A stretch of DNA of 64,000 nt from NCBI GenBank assembly GCA_051294375.1, contig CM119267.1, forward strand, positions 6,003,992-6,067,991, written 5' to 3'. The notes under the pieces were generated by a model that worked only from the letters and a program-made list of their open reading frames with translations, did not search any database and was not told the DNA's origin. Both the position numbers and the translations under genes were made by a program. The number at the start of each line of letters is the position of its first letter. Within the stretch, counting starts at the first letter, position 1. The DNA is from Paraspadella gotoi. Taxonomy: Eukaryota; Animalia; Chaetognatha. Positions 24,594 to 35,619 of the stretch are shown one piece after another.

Positions 24594-24752
24594 TTAGAAG
24601 ATATACAAAATTTGTTAGCGACAACGATGATTTGTTTTTATTTGGACATGTTTCGACTTTTTAATTTCAAGTCTATCAGCGCTTGACGCTAGAAACATGT
24701 CCAAATAAAAACAAATCATCGTTGTCGTTAAAACATTTTTTTATTTCTTCTA
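24594..24752. repeat. Long inverted repeat/hairpin with perfect 36 bp arms (24619-24654 and 24692-24727)
   Basis: CGACAACGATGATTTGTTTTTATTTGGACATGTTTC and its exact reverse complement; imperfect pairing extends outward. Confidence 0.85.
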
Positions 24753-24792
24753 ATTATTTTCAACTGTAATTTTTTCGTCGCAGCATCCTACT

Positions 24793-25409
24793 AACATCTG
24801 GCCCATAATTATTGAGACAAAAGATTGAATGTGTTACAGTTTATAACATTTTATTATCTGTACATAAATATAAATACAAAATATAATTTTTTAATACTAA
24901 TAACGTTAACTAAATACAGACGAACAAGTTGAACCAAAAAGTCACATTTTCTAGTGAAATGTGGCGTAGGACCTTTAATCGAGACGCCAGTTTTCTCGTA
25001 GAAAACCCAACTTTATTTCCATTCCTTTCACGATGGTGCGCAACTGTCTTGCCGTGAGTTTTCTGGCCGCCCTGCGCCTTTTTTGGGTTTGAGAGTATCT
25101 CAGACTTTACTCTTTGTATTACGCGTATATATAGATGGACGGCTAACATTTAGCTTCAAAAATACTGTAAAGTAAATGCTGTTCCTTCTTGTTCATTTTT
25201 GGTAGAATTGGGCAATGACTTGACGGCGCGCTTCAGAGGAAATTGACTGCATCTTGACAACGCGCGGCCGATAAAAAAAAAAAATTTACAGTTTGGTAGA
25301 CAAACATCCTAGGCTTTATTTTAAAAAAAAAAAAGAGCTTTCTACGGCGTCCTGGACGCCGTCTACAGGCCCGCGAAAGCCGATCATCAATAATTATGGG
25401 CCAGATGTT
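24793..25409. mobile_element. Non-autonomous DNA transposon (MITE) with ~23 bp TIRs
   Basis: AACATCTGGCCCATAATTATTGA at ~24793 and TCAATAATTATGGGCCAGATGTT ending at 25409; no coding capacity. Confidence 0.65.
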
Positions 25410-25699
25410 TGGAACAGTTTCGCGATTAAAATAGCGTAGAGTTGGATATTTTAACCAGTAAAAGAATTCATAACGAAAAACAGACTTTAGCTTAGGACTT
25501 TTCTAAAGTTGCTGAATTTTAAGTCACTTAATATTAATAATTAATATTAATTATTATTAATATAAGTCCAAAGTGTAATTTAAGTGATTTTTACTTTAAA
25601 TATAAATCTGTCAAAAAGAAAAACGAAACTACAGTTAAAGGGCATTCCGATAGCGGCGAAGTTATATTGCAAAAACAATGTCAGAATTTTCACAAAGGT

Positions 25700-26089
25700 T
25701 CAGTCCCCTTTTTTCGAGGCAAGTGGGTAAAAGTTGGAAAACTGAGTCAAAGCGACATCGATATCCTTCGCGGTGGTCGGCGATTTTGATCGAAGCATCT
25801 CGAAAGAGTCCCGTCTTTTAGCAGAAACGGGAGTCGGATCGGGGATGACTTGAGCCTTTGCAGGCGCAAGGATGTTGCTCTGGATGTCGTCGAAGTCGTC
25901 GTCGGCGAGGGAGACTTTGTTTCGCGTCTCATTAAGTATCCTCTTCAAATTTTTGGTCACCGGTTTCGTGGCTTTCATTTTCGATTTGTTTCCGTTGCCA
26001 GAGGAAACTTTGGCAACGGCCAAGCGCTTCTTGAAATCTTTGGCTGCCCCGGACGTCGCTGTTGACGAACGTTGCTTGCTCTTCCCCAT
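25700..26089 (-). CDS. RBIS: Ribosomal biogenesis factor (C8orf59-like)
   Basis: MGKSK..., KMKATKPVTKNLKRI and DIDVALTQF resemble RBIS (KAKPVTTNLKKI ... VDEATRL). Confidence 0.75.
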   Translation of the reverse strand: MGKSKQRSSTATSGAAKDFKKRLAVAKVSSGNGNKSKMKATKPVTKNLKRILNETRNKVSLADDDFDDIQSNILAPAKAQVIPDPTPVSAKRRDSFEMLRSKSPTTAKDIDVALTQFSNFYPLASKKGD

Positions 26090-26432
26090 CGCCGGAATCG
26101 TTAGTCCCTTTTCTATTCTAACAAGTAAGCACGAAGGCTAAACAAACTTGTAAAATATGACAATTTCAAAATTCAAAGCGGAAAAAAGAAAAACAGAAAA
26201 ACAAACCAAAACAAGTAAAAAATTAGCAAAAAAAAAAATCTTAAAAGTAAAGTGATCTCGCCAGACGTAACTATCAAAGAAAATTAATGAAAAAATCCCC
26301 CCCAAAAAATGAACGATTGATGCAATACCAAATTATTGATGTTATATTAATTGATTGATTGATGTAATAGTAATTGATTGATTGATGTAATAATAATTGA
26401 TTGATTAATGTAATAGTAATTGATTATTGATT

Positions 26433-26598
26433 CGATGATAACCAAATATTGATGCGATGAAAACCAAATGATTGATGCGATGATAACCAAATGAAGGATG
26501 CGATGATAACCAAATGAAGGATGCGATGATAACCAAATGAAAGATGCGATGATAACCAAATGATTGATACAATAACTAAATGATGGATGCGATGATAG
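26433..26598. repeat. Minisatellite with a ~23 bp unit GATGCGATGATAACCAAATGA(AG/TT), about 7 copies, flanked by (ATTG)n and (AG)n
   Basis: Tandem units visible directly. Confidence 0.9.
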
Positions 26599-27103
26599 TC
26601 GTTCATCGTAAATAAAACAAATGCGTGTATGAGTGAGAGAGAAAGAAAGAGAGAGAGAGAGAGAAGCTGGACAGCCGCTGCAGAGCGAACTCGTTTTTAA
26701 TTGAATCAGAAAAAGCTTCGACGGAAAAAAGAGAGAGCGACATATAATTAAAAGAGAAAAAGAGAGAAAAAGAGAGAAAAAAAAAAACAAAAGAGAGAGA
26801 GAGAAACTGGACAGCCGCTGTTGCAGATTAATTTGTGGATTACGTCGTATTCTGATTTTGATAAATTTTTGTTCTGTTGCCCTAAGGTTTAATATTAATA
26901 TTTTACATTGGTAAATGATCATGTTTGTTTGTGGTTCAATTAATAGCTAAATAATTAATGATTTAATTATCATAATTGCTAGTTTACAATTTTAATTATT
27001 CTTGTACAGCCGCTGCAGAGCTGAACTCGTATATATATAAAAAAATGTTTTGTAAATAAAACAAATAAATTATGGTGGACTAAAATCCACCAACCGTTCA
27101 TCA

Positions 27104-27290
27104 GCGGCCATTGGTGCCGGAGGCAAGTCATTCGCCTCCCAACCCAAAGGTCCGGGGTTCTAGCCCGGTGGTCGTCTGGCAGTTAAGAGGGACGGGGCGC
27201 TTAACCCGCCTGTAACTCGGTGTTACAGCCTGATCCGAAGCTCAGGGACTGCTTATATTGAACAGTTCTGTCACTAACACATAACAATAA
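27104..27290 (+). mobile_element. tRNA-derived SINE (tRNA-like head at 27104-27175)
   Basis: 72 nt head with GCGGCCA/TGGTCGT acceptor-like stem, A-box TGGTGCCGGAGG, B-box GGTTCTAGCCC and CCC at the anticodon position, but a broken anticodon stem; followed by a non-tRNA body and an A-rich end. Confidence 0.6.
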
Positions 27291-27536
27291 TTACTGTCTC
27301 TTCAAAATGTGTGTAGGAATATGAAACATAGCAATTTGAAAGACCTCAAAGATGAGAAGCCATATCTAAATTTTCAGCCGGCGACGACGACGACTACGGT
27401 CAAAAGAAGCAGAAACGAATTAACATCTCGCCTAAGTCAGGCATTCGCCCCTCTGGCAAGATAAAAATCTGGTAAATTGGTAAAAACACAAGCGGTGAGA
27501 ATTTTGGTTATGTCCACTGATGGTCGACACGTTTAC

Positions 27537-28028
27537 TCAGTACATGTGCCTCTCCTTGACGACTTGAATGGGAACAGTTTGACACTTGACGCCGGTGACT
27601 AGCTTCTCGTTGACGGCATCGATGCCGTTGGTGATTCTTCTCAAGTTGCTCGAGATCTCCGCGATGTCGTTGGAGATGGAGGAGAACTTTCCCTTCTTCT
27701 CCCGTCGCTGATCTTCTTCCAGACGAAGTTTTTTTTTAAGTTCGGCTTCGAGTTCATTCAGACCGAAGTAGTTGGCCGAGCTGAGCAAATACTGGAGGGT
27801 AACGTTGGGAGAGAGATTAAGGGATCGATGCCGCAACCAGCAAAGGATTATCCGAAATGTCTCCGGGTCCTCCTCGATGAAGAAGGCGCCGTCGGTTTGA
27901 CGGGAGGGCGGCATGGTGCTCTCGGCATCGAACATCATCGCAAGGAGAGAACCGTTGACGCTTGTGAGAAGTGAGCGCGTCGTGACGAAAGGTCGACCGC
28001 CGACGTTGAGTGTTATTAAATCGTCCAT
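27537..28028 (-). CDS. KCTD-type BTB/POZ (T1) domain protein with short C-terminal coiled coil
   Basis: ITLNVGGRPFVTTRSLL, SLLAMMF, GAFFIEEDPETFRIILCWLR and ANYFGL. Confidence 0.88.
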   Translation of the reverse strand: MDDLITLNVGGRPFVTTRSLLTSVNGSLLAMMFDAESTMPPSRQTDGAFFIEEDPETFRIILCWLRHRSLNLSPNVTLQYLLSSANYFGLNELEAELKKKLRLEEDQRREKKGKFSSISNDIAEISSNLRRITNGIDAVNEKLVTGVKCQTVPIQVVKERHMY

Positions 28029-28728
28029 CTTTTTTACAAGATGCTGTTCGAAAGAAGGGAGGCAGAGGAGCGAAAGAATTATTAAAGTTTCACAAAGTAA
28101 TTTCGCGCGGTAAATAAAGGTTCAAAAAGATAAAAAACAAAGGAGATAGTTGCAAGCGACTCTATCTTGAATAGACAATCATCAACGGTAATCACAGTCT
28201 AATAACAACAGAAAAAAAATTCTTTAAAAATCGATATAAATGAACAAAATGGAACCAATTATTTATCGCAAATATAGAACGTCAAACCAAAATGCTTCAA
28301 TATTTAGATTAGCATGCGAATTTCTTACGGTAGCCAGGATAGATTTCTCAGACTTTGTTCCACTATTTAAACTTCCTAATACTTCTATAAAACAAATGTA
28401 ATCAAATTCTAATTTAGTCTTTTAATTTCCATATTTGTTGAATGCTGAAGTTTTTAAGTTATTGTTAAATTGTACCTTTGCAATAAAATTAGTTAATACT
28501 CAGTTTAATTTTTTTATGATGCAACTATTGATATAGAAATAAATCTCTCTCAAAAACAATATTTCACGCATGCTGTACAAAAATTTTAATAAAACGCCGC
28601 ATATAATAATAATATAAATATTTTTTGCTCTATTAAATTAAACATTTACCCTAAAATAATAATGAAAAAAAAATCAAAAGTTAAGATAATTTTTTAGTAA
28701 ATATTAATCCAGGACTAACTCTATCACG

Positions 28729-29589
28729 TTAAAGCACCCAACACAGCAAGCAGAGAAGAGCTACAAAACACACGGAAAGTGGTAGACCATGATGAATTAG
28801 GTTTGTCACAGAAGTTCTTTTGTTTTGTGCCATTTGTCTCAGTATAAACAACGGAATACATAAATTGATTAAATCTGGAATCATAAACCCTAAGTCTCTC
28901 ACTCTTTGATGCCACATGCCCCTATTTCTAATAATATTGGTCCAAAATTGGTCCCCTGAAGAAGTTATAATATGCACTATGGCAATATCTATTACAACAA
29001 GTAATTCAAAATGATTTAATACAGTATTTTTGTCGCATGAGCGAATGACAAGAACAGTTGAAATGAGTTCCGTGATGGAAAAAAAAAGCTGATGAGTCCA
29101 TTGGAAGTAGAAGTCATCGTTCCAGTAGTTAAAATAAGACCACCAGCTGTAGTAGTGAGGAAAAATTGATGCAAGAAGAGGAATTCCCATTAAAATGCGA
29201 ATTTCCTTGTTCATGATTAGTTTTGTTATGAACTTGCAAGTTTCGTAGGCCGCTAACGCATAAAAAACTGTTACCATCCAGATTTTAAATGTTTGATGTG
29301 TAACATTGAAATAGACATGATGATATCCTTGACTTCCTACACTTTCATAAGATCCTTTGAAAATTGTATCCCAGCATGAACATTTACAGCTGTATCGATC
29401 AATTGGTTTTTTGGAGATCCAAAAATTAATGAAAAATCCGAGGTGTAAGTATGGAACTACTAAAAGAAAAAAAGTTCCACACAAAACTCCTATAATTTTT
29501 TTGAATCCAAATTTTTCAAGTAGGCTGTCCTTAAGCAAAGTTTGTTTGGAGCCAGGGTCAACTGGCATCGTTAACTCCAAAGATGTCAT
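28729..29589 (-). CDS. Uncharacterised multi-pass membrane protein
   Basis: Single ORF with several hydrophobic helices and conserved-looking motifs CKCSCWDTIFKGSYE and HYYSWWSYFNYWNDDFY; ATG at 29589. Confidence 0.75.
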   Translation of the reverse strand: MTSLELTMPVDPGSKQTLLKDSLLEKFGFKKIIGVLCGTFFLLVVPYLHLGFFINFWISKKPIDRYSCKCSCWDTIFKGSYESVGSQGYHHVYFNVTHQTFKIWMVTVFYALAAYETCKFITKLIMNKEIRILMGIPLLASIFPHYYSWWSYFNYWNDDFYFQWTHQLFFSITELISTVLVIRSCDKNTVLNHFELLVVIDIAIVHIITSSGDQFWTNIIRNRGMWHQRVRDLGFMIPDLINLCIPLFILRQMAQNKRTSVTNLIHHGLPLSVCFVALLCLLCWVL

Positions 29590-29749
29590 TTCCAAAAAAA
29601 TCTGAATAACTGAATGTAATATCAGTAAAAACCACTTTTAGTAAAGCAAGTAACTATAGTTTTAAAAATAGATCAATATATTGCAAAGTGTAAGAAATAT
29701 TTGAAATTGGTAAAATTTACTAATCACGAATCATAAACAACAATAATCA

Positions 29750-32465
29750 TCAACATTCAACAAGTGAAAGAAATCCTAATTTTAACCAAAATACCGACTG
29801 AGAAAAAGTGTCTTTTGTATACGGCTGAAGACCTAAACTCTTGAACTCACTAATACTAAACTTTCGACAGGGTATACGAAAAACCCTGACCTCCCATGAG
29901 TTAATGAAGGCTATTTTTTTTCCCGAATCCACAAAAATGTCATCTTCTTTAACAATATTAATCGGAAAGGATTCTAGCGCATTTTTTACTTGATCGACCG
30001 AATCAAATACATCAGACGACACGGCGCATTCAGATTCATAGGAGTTGACGTTGAAGGGAAACAACCAGAGATCAGAACGATCTGTTTTCATCTTTAATAT
30101 GAATTCGAAATCAGTTAATGACTTTTTAAAAATTAAAAGAAGTTTGAGCCATTCAGTTTCGATATTCAGTTGCCATCGGCAAGGAACAAACGTTATAGTT
30201 TCTCCTTTATCATTAGGATCTTTCTGAATAATTATTTTCTGACAGCTACCGCCGTCGAATGCATCCATTTCTTCTATGCACAGTTCGGAGAAATAGTCAT
30301 AATAATCGCTCATTTTTGTTGTTTCACAACATTTACAAAAAATATCGTCACTTGGTTTACATTCACCTAAAACGTAAAAGTGAAAAGATAATCACCCAAA
30401 TAAATAGGAACTTCAGGGATATGACTTACCGGATTGGTAGAAGTCGGGAATAAAGGCTTGGAATTGCTGCCGATTTAATTTAAAACCATAACATTGGAAT
30501 GTGCGGCGTCCGTTTATAAACGCTATCTTGCCACGTCCATGATCGAACGATGTAAAAAAAGGCAGAAGGAATTGAACAATTTGTTCTGAAATAAAGACGC
30601 ATAAAATGAATATCCTCCAATATACGTAATATTTATAATTTTAATTGTTCACCTTTGTACAACGAAGGCCTAAGTAAGTCCCAAAACCGTTTTTGATTTA
30701 ATATTAAATTTCTTTTTGGAAACTTTTCATAAACCCATCCTGAAACGAAACCACAAACATTAGAAATAAAATTGTTTACAAATAAAACAGAAATATGTAC
30801 AAACAATGCAGAAAATCAATTCAACTAAACAAAAATATTACCTTGTGCGAACAAAGCAACCGACATTCCACGACGCACAGCTTGATCAACTGCCTCTCGT
30901 GTGTTCCAACCTCCTCCACCGTAACAACCTCTCCCAAAAATGTCCACTCCGACAAATACATCCGGTATTCGATCATTCTCGGCAGCAACCGTTATCGATC
31001 TTTCTAGATTAGTCTCGGGTTTCCAAGCATAGTTCAGAAATATGCCATGAGAAACGTCGAAAAAACTAGAATTTTTCGAGTTGAGTTCATTTTGCCATTC
31101 TAGCTTTCCTTCCACAGTCACACTATCGTACCAAATAACCTTTCCGTATTTTGGGCGATGCTGAAACGTCAAACTGTTTTAGAAAATATTTTTAATTTCT
31201 ATGTCAATCAGATTTTTATTACCGTTTCCACCACGGAAGTAAGCTTTCGGACGAAATTTACTAATAATGGAATTTCATCAACATCGATCGTGTTTTCCAC
31301 ATTTATAAGCCATCCATCAAACCCATAAAACATCATAATATCACTAAGTTGCTGAATCAAAACATTTTGAGCCTCCAAAGATGACGAAAGGATTTCCTTC
31401 CATATTTGATAACCAGCCTTCCATTCGGTAATCAATGTACCTATAATAATGAAAAATATTTCTTTGTTTATGAAGTATAATAATGAATTTTTTTTTAAAA
31501 ATGATTTTCTCAGAAACACTTACTAAGCCTCCGACTACTTACAACTTACAACAAGCAGAAAAACTTACCGAGAACAACTACTCCATGCCTATGAGCAGAA
31601 TTAATCCAAGAGATTGGAGGAATTGTCACAAAATGATGGGAAAAGTATACAAAAGTGTCAATCAAATGCCAATAAGAGAATATGTACGCATCGGAATTCA
31701 TCGTCCCTTCCAAAAAACGATCGTCATGATAGCCTCCAGCCAAATCATGGCAAACTAAAATCTGAGCTCGATCTTGGTTTGGACGAATTCTTTTTGCAAG
31801 TGGCTATCAATAAAATCAAACGCTAAAATATTCAGTATAGTGTACACGTGTGTGCAAAAAAAGTTTAAACTTTGAACCCCCTACAATCTAGCTTGTCTGT
31901 CATCCAATTAAATAAAATTTGGATTCATTTTAAAACAAAGACAAAGATCTTTTATCTGAGCCCATGACATGGTTTTTAGGCCAAATATTATGGAAGCTAT
32001 GCTAAAAATCAAACAGGATCAAGATTGGCTTGGAAACTCGCCAGACTGCAACATTAAAAATATCTGGTCAACGACAAGGAGATTTTATAGTACAAGCCAA
32101 TGATAATCGACAAAATCAAGAGAATTGTAAAACGCGTTTGGTAGGAGCTAAACCCCTCATATTTGGCAGACTCAACGACTCTCTCCCTAAACGCATGGAA
32201 GCGGTACTTGAAACAAATGATGGTCCGACAAAGTATTAAATTAACTGAGTCTTAAAAAGTGTTGCTTTCCTTCAAAAAGCGAAATAAAATAACATGACTA
32301 TTAAACATTTTTTTGCACATATGTGTAGAGTGAATCTAAAAAAATTTCAGTACATGTAACGAAACAAACCTCTGAAAAAAATTCGAATTCTGGCGGACGC
32401 CAAGACTTTAAACTGAAAACATCATTTAACGGAAGAGTTTCTGGGGGTCCTTCGATATGAGTCAT
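29750..32465 (-). CDS. ENGASE: Cytosolic endo-beta-N-acetylglucosaminidase (GH85), multi-exon
   Basis: HDLAGGY, IDTFVYFSHHFVTIPP, GTLITEW, GFDGWLINVEN, VIWYDSVT, GIFLNYAW, VGVDIFGRG and DAFDGGSC; first exon begins MTHIEGPPETLPL at 32465. Confidence 0.92.
31843..32327 (+). mobile_element. Internally deleted Tc1-like transposon in ENGase intron 1
   Basis: TA-flanked ~25 bp TIRs (CACGTGTGTGCAAAAAAAGTTTAA and TTAAACATTTTTTTGCACATATGTG); transposase C-terminus LNDSLPKRMEAVLETNDGPTKY. Confidence 0.85.
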
Positions 32466-32628
32466 ATTTTAAGTTTGTATATCTACAAAAGGATACAAAT
32501 TACATCAATAAACAGTCATTGGATAACAAGCTGAGACAGGCTATTTGACTAGTTATTTTCAGCATGGCAATGGCATTAAAAATTAATTAAATTGGATTTC
32601 AGTCGGTCACTGAAAGTCATTTTCACTG

Positions 32629-33729
32629 TCACTGAGATATTTCGCCGAGAGACAAAGCGGAGTCCATTCCAAAACTTGATTTGTGATCTAATTTTGAAGT
32701 CATATCATCGGATACGTCCGAAGGACTAACCGTCATTTGTTCGGCGATTTCAATAGCAAGCTTTACATCCACTACCACATTGTTGTTGCTGGCAGGAAAG
32801 GAAGTTACGTCCGGAATGTCATTTTCAATTGTCACTGATGTGACGTCATTTTCTTTAGCCACCGCTGTGAGGATATTTTCTTTAAGCACTGCAACTTCAT
32901 CGGCAACTGACTGAGAAGTTTCGGAATCGGGATCTTCATTTTGTAACTCGGTAGGCGTGGTTAATACAGATAATAAATGCTCATTTTTCAACGGTTCACT
33001 TGAAGACTTGTCATCCATTTGAATCAGATCTGAAGTTAGGTCAGCAGTATTTCCCTCTGTTTGCTGATTTGAATTAGACTTGAGATCGACAGAGTCATAC
33101 AACATCCGCGTTTCTTTCAATACGGAAGACAAATTGTTTAGAGAAGACGTATAACCCATAATTTCGTCAAGTGTATTTTTGAGAATTTGGGTTTCTCGAA
33201 GGTGGTCATTGCAGGCCTGGAGTTGGGCAGCGATGAACTGACGCTGTTCCGTTATCTCTTCTTGCTGTGAAGATATTTTTGACTTGGCATGGCCCAACTC
33301 AACAGTTAAGGCAACAATCTTCTCTTCAATTTCTGGCTCTTTTAACGAATTGAGCGGCTCGAAATTTGATTGGATTTCTTCGAGACTTGGTTTCCGGTAT
33401 GCAATCTGTCCCTCTATTCCAGAATTCAAGATCTTAGCTTGTAACTGATCGATGATGGCATCTTGCTCTGCTACTGTAAACTGAAGACTTTTGACTTGGA
33501 GCTCGCGCTGAAGAGAAGTGTCCTGAAGTCTTTCCATTGAACTAGTGAAGGCAGAGATTTCAGCATCTTTGTGGTTTAGCATTTCCAATAAATCATCACG
33601 TTCTGCTTCAAGTTCATTGACTCGGTCAAACAATGATTGGATGTGTCCATTAGCCTCTTTGATGGTTGTCTTCATGTAATTATGACTTGGCGAAATTGAT
33701 TGTTCATTAGGAGAATATAAAAAGCTCAT
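32629..33729 (-). CDS. VMAC-like coiled-coil protein (paralog B)
   Basis: MSFLYS...IKEANGHIQSLFDRVNELE resembles the VMAC N-terminus (IREANAHLAAVHRRAAELE); paralog of the neighbouring ORF. Confidence 0.6.
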   Translation of the reverse strand: MSFLYSPNEQSISPSHNYMKTTIKEANGHIQSLFDRVNELEAERDDLLEMLNHKDAEISAFTSSMERLQDTSLQRELQVKSLQFTVAEQDAIIDQLQAKILNSGIEGQIAYRKPSLEEIQSNFEPLNSLKEPEIEEKIVALTVELGHAKSKISSQQEEITEQRQFIAAQLQACNDHLRETQILKNTLDEIMGYTSSLNNLSSVLKETRMLYDSVDLKSNSNQQTEGNTADLTSDLIQMDDKSSSEPLKNEHLLSVLTTPTELQNEDPDSETSQSVADEVAVLKENILTAVAKENDVTSVTIENDIPDVTSFPASNNNVVVDVKLAIEIAEQMTVSPSDVSDDMTSKLDHKSSFGMDSALSLGEISQ

Positions 33730-34092
33730 GGTAATCACGTTTATTAATCTACGATGCAAATTGAAAATAGATGCAAGATGTACGATGAACTAATTTTAGG
33801 TTTACCTTTAACAGCTAGAACATATCTAAAGGACAACCTTACCAATCGGCAATATTACATCTTTAAAAAGATATTGATTGAAGCAACCCAAATCTTGAAA
33901 TAATAAATTAATCCAAGGAAACAACAATCTTAAGGTACTTTTAGAAAGCATAGAGAAAGCATGAGATATTTAAAGAAAATAGAGATGATCTATGAACACG
34001 ACCAGTATTCAACAGAGTGAGATCATGAAAGGGACTTATCATATTAATCACATCTCGTCGTGACTAATAATAGATGTTGGATAAAAAAATCA

Positions 34093-35373
34093 TTAAACGA
34101 AAAATTCCGGCGATGAGGCCTGAGGAAGAGGTTCTTCTTCCCCGTTTTCCTGAGATGCGACGACGACTTTGTCTCCATCAGCAGACACGAAAGGGGGAGG
34201 GGTAGCCGGTGGCGTTTCCAACTTCTCAGCGAGACTCGTAATAGACGAAACGGCTTCGTGACTAGAACCACCCGAGTCAGTCGCCGTCATTTTGAAGACG
34301 ATGGAACTACCCTCGGAAGATCCCATATCTCCGTTCTCCACCGGATGACTTTGAGGGTCGGGCTCATCGGGCGTTTTGCCGTTGTCCACGAGGGAACTTC
34401 TCGACTCGATGTCACCGTCACCCTCGTCACCAGAGCCGCGATCTCCGTTAAAAAGCAAAATGGAAGCAACGCGGTCATCGTGGAGGGTTCGATTCAGTCG
34501 GGAACCCGTCTTAAATTCGCACTGTTCTTTAGAGTCTTCCACCGACGGTTCATCCGTGGCGGGAGGCGTCTCCGCGGAGATGTTAAACGAATCTCCCGAC
34601 TCGTTCGTCGGTTCAGATTGTTCTGGGGTTTCTTCTCCCGCTTCGGTCGTAACATTTTCTCCGAGATTCGGCAAATACGCGGCTCGTTTCATCAAGAGAG
34701 CGAAGCTTTCGATAGAAGAGGAAAAAGCGAGGATTTTCTTGAGAGCCTCAGCTTTCCTCGAGTAAGACTCGATCGTGGTTTCCAAGCAACGGCATCGCTC
34801 CTCCAAAGCGTCCACCGTTTTCAAAGTCTCCTCATGTTGTTCTAGCAAAGCTGCGTTGTCCTCGGCGATTTTTCGACAAGATTCGTTCTCTGCCAATGCG
34901 GCCTCCAGCCCTGATGATAGGTTCGAAACGACGTCGTCTTTGGCAATCAACACCCTCTGATATTCCGCGACTTTCTCCTGAATCCTCTCGTAAACGGCTT
35001 CCTTCTCGTCCAACAAAGCCTCGAGGGATTCGAGGGCGTCAGACTTGGACTGCAAGGCCTGCTGGTGATGCAACAAACGCGCCTCCAGCTCTACGATGAT
35101 CTCCTGCTGCCCGTGGACCGTAATCTCCAAATTTTTGCATTGAACGTCACGATCGGAAAGTATCTCTTGGAATTGGTGGAGCGAGTTTTTTAGTGAGTCA
35201 CTTTCGGAGGCCTTGAGGCGGAGGTGGTCAGAGAGTTGGTCGCGCTGCCCTTCCAACTCGCTGACCCTTTCGGACAAGGCCTTGATGTGATCATTGGCTT
35301 CCTTTATGTTTGTTTTGACGAGACTCATCTTCGGTGGCGAATCTTCTTCTCCGGCGTTAAACAGGAAGCTCAT
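34093..35373 (-). CDS. VMAC-like coiled-coil protein (paralog A)
   Basis: MSFLFN...IKEANDHIKALSERVSELE and KAEALKKIL; acidic disordered tail. Confidence 0.62.
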   Translation of the reverse strand: MSFLFNAGEEDSPPKMSLVKTNIKEANDHIKALSERVSELEGQRDQLSDHLRLKASESDSLKNSLHQFQEILSDRDVQCKNLEITVHGQQEIIVELEARLLHHQQALQSKSDALESLEALLDEKEAVYERIQEKVAEYQRVLIAKDDVVSNLSSGLEAALAENESCRKIAEDNAALLEQHEETLKTVDALEERCRCLETTIESYSRKAEALKKILAFSSSIESFALLMKRAAYLPNLGENVTTEAGEETPEQSEPTNESGDSFNISAETPPATDEPSVEDSKEQCEFKTGSRLNRTLHDDRVASILLFNGDRGSGDEGDGDIESRSSLVDNGKTPDEPDPQSHPVENGDMGSSEGSSIVFKMTATDSGGSSHEAVSSITSLAEKLETPPATPPPFVSADGDKVVVASQENGEEEPLPQASSPEFFV

Positions 35374-35619
35374 GACTGAATGGGTAAAACAAGCTACAAA
35401 TAAATAATTTAAGAAAAATCACATAAGCCAATGGAATAAATTTGATTTGTTTAAGGCGAGAGATTTCAAAAGTTTTAAAAGGTCAAATTCGAACAAAGAT
35501 TCGAACAAAAAATTAAATACTGGAAAACAGTAACCATTACCAAGCATCTCCCGATGCACAAAACCCAAGACAGCAATAGTAAAAATAGTAAAAAAAATCA
35601 GTTCGAGTGCTGAAAATGA

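Noticed and set aside
26433-26598. Regular ~23 bp repeats resembling a CRISPR array
   Set aside because: Head-to-tail minisatellite with no unique spacers, in eukaryotic context and with no cas genes.
26347-26922. 191 aa minus-strand ORF
   Set aside because: Translation of micro- and minisatellite sequence.
27104-27175. Functional tRNA-Gly(CCC)
   Set aside because: The anticodon stem does not pair and there is no oligo-T terminator directly after; better explained as a SINE head.
29750-30313. Separate 187 aa gene
   Set aside because: It splices in frame to the upstream ENGase exons and contains the GH85 DAFDGGSC motif, so it is the last ENGase exon.
32489-32496. U12-type donor-like GTATCCTT on the minus strand
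   Set aside because: It lies within the pyrimidine tract before the ENGase acceptor-like AG, not at an exon end.
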